From NCBI GenBank assembly GCA_035275625.1, contig DATEMK010000066.1, positions 1 to 43,782 on the forward strand: a DNA stretch of 43,782 bases. Reading direction: 5' to 3'. This DNA comes from Bacteroidia bacterium. Lineage in GTDB: Bacteria; Bacteroidota; Bacteroidia; AKYH767-A; OLB10. Positions within the stretch are counted from its first letter, which is position 1. Every line of letters starts with the position of its first letter. The position numbers and the translations under genes were made by a program. A model generated the notes under the pieces. That model saw only the letters and a program-made list of their open reading frames with translations. It was not told the DNA's origin and searched no databases. Of the stretch, positions 42,823-43,782 are shown one piece after another.

Positions 42823-43782
42823 ATGTCAGCAGACTTAAAACTTACTCCATTACCCGGTTGGTTCCCATCAGCAAAACTGCCTTTACTCATTTCCGGCCCG
42901 TGTGGCGCTGAAACTGAAAAGCAGGTTATGGAAACTGCAATGGGTATTGCAGCATTAAATAAAGTACATGTATTTCGTGCCGGCATCTGGAAACCGCGAA
43001 CACGTCCTGATTCATTTGAAGGCGCGGGAGAAGAGGGGTTGAAATGGTTAAAAAGCGCAAAAGAAGAAACCGGGTTAAAAACAACTGTTGAAGTTGCAAA
43101 AGCGGAACATGTTGAACTTGCACTAAAATATGATGTGGATATTTTATGGGTTGGTGCGCGCACAACTGTCAATCCGTTTTATGTACAGGAAATCGCTGAT
43201 GCTCTTAAGGGAGTTGACATCCCGGTAATGGTTAAAAATCCTTTACATCCTGATTTGCAATTATGGATTGGTGCATTGGAGCGGGTGAATCGGGCCGGCA
43301 TTGATAAATTGATTGCCATTCACAGGGGATTTTTCTCATCATCAAATTCTACCTACCGGAATGCTCCTCAATGGCAAATAGCAATCGAGCTGATGCATTT
43401 GATTCCTGATTTGCCTGTTATTTGTGATCCGAGTCACATTGCCGGAAACCGTGACCTGATTTTGCAATTGGCTCAGCAAGCTTTAGATCTTAAAATGTGC
43501 GGACTCATGATTGAATCACACATTGATCCTGATAATGCACTCAGCGATGCCAATCAACAGCTGACACCCGCTGCATTAAATGAATTGCTGGAAACACTTG
43601 TTGTCCGCAAAGAAAAATCCGATAACATTGAATTTCAAAATACCCTTGAGCTGCTGAGAAAAAAAATTGATAAAATAGATCATCACCTGGTTGAAACAAT
43701 TGCTTCGCGGATGAAAATTGTTAACAAAATTGGTGAGTATAAAAGTGATCATAATGTTACTATTCTGCAATTGGAGCGCTGG
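42823..43782 (+). CDS. Bifunctional 3-deoxy-7-phosphoheptulonate (DAHP) synthase / chorismate mutase type II, 3'-truncated by the window edge
   Basis: The frame is open from the ATG at 42823 to the window end (320 codons), so it is missing from the ORF track for lack of a stop. LISGPCGAE..., FRAGIWKPRTRP, ICDPSH (type I-beta DAHPS), then ...IDKIDHHLVETIASRMKIVNKIGEYK (AroQ chorismate mutase). Confidence 0.85.
   Translation, partial: MSADLKLTPLPGWFPSAKLPLLISGPCGAETEKQVMETAMGIAALNKVHVFRAGIWKPRTRPDSFEGAGEEGLKWLKSAKEETGLKTTVEVAKAEHVELALKYDVDILWVGARTTVNPFYVQEIADALKGVDIPVMVKNPLHPDLQLWIGALERVNRAGIDKLIAIHRGFFSSSNSTYRNAPQWQIAIELMHLIPDLPVICDPSHIAGNRDLILQLAQQALDLKMCGLMIESHIDPDNALSDANQQLTPAALNELLETLVVRKEKSDNIEFQNTLELLRKKIDKIDHHLVETIASRMKIVNKIGEYKSDHNVTILQLERW

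Noticed and set aside
42792-43770. Minus-strand ORFs 42792..43172, 42926..43165 and 43576..43770
   Set aside because: They are antisense to the clearly recognisable DAHP synthase/chorismate mutase frame, which the track omits only because it has no stop within the window.

Overview
Almost the whole window (1 to ~41466) is one temperate tailed-phage prophage. The TAnnTTTG promoter boxes, lack of Shine-Dalgarno dependence, and DUF4373- and DUF4468-like genes suggest a Bacteroidota host. The left end is cut by the window edge. The right end abuts a host locus: tRNA-Leu(CAG), aroC, and a bifunctional DAHP synthase/chorismate mutase. Nearly all phage genes are on the minus strand. From right to left they run: a lysogeny switch (S24/cI-like repressor on +, divergent cro-like gene); an early recombination and replication block (Sak4-like ATPase, PD-(D/E)XK nuclease, SF2 helicase, DUF4373-type replication organiser, DnaC-like loader, RuvC-like resolvase); two ParB-domain proteins; small and large terminase; tail genes with a 1506-aa tape measure; a head module (protease/scaffold, HK97-fold capsid, portal-like); and tail fibres. 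No integrase or lysis genes lie in the window, so they are probably beyond the left edge. The most interesting feature sits inside the early region at 28022..32095. It is a complete PRTRC-type (ParB-related, ThiF-related cassette) ubiquitin-like module: a 73-aa protein ending in Gly, a protein with an E2/UBC-like HxP...CLG motif, a ThiF/E1-like adenylase, an uncharacterised 427-aa subunit, and a protein-E-like gene fused to a eukaryote-type SWIB/MDM2 domain. Other notable signals: an in-frame 24-bp x 8.7 tandem repeat with a GATC in every unit (iteron/ori candidate); a conserved 22-32 nt motif upstream of all three late operons; a shared hydrophobic leader on two head proteins; several translationally coupled ORFs below the 60-aa track cutoff; and a tRNA-3'-end-like att repeat at the prophage edge. 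All functional calls come from motif and pattern recognition by eye. No database search was run.
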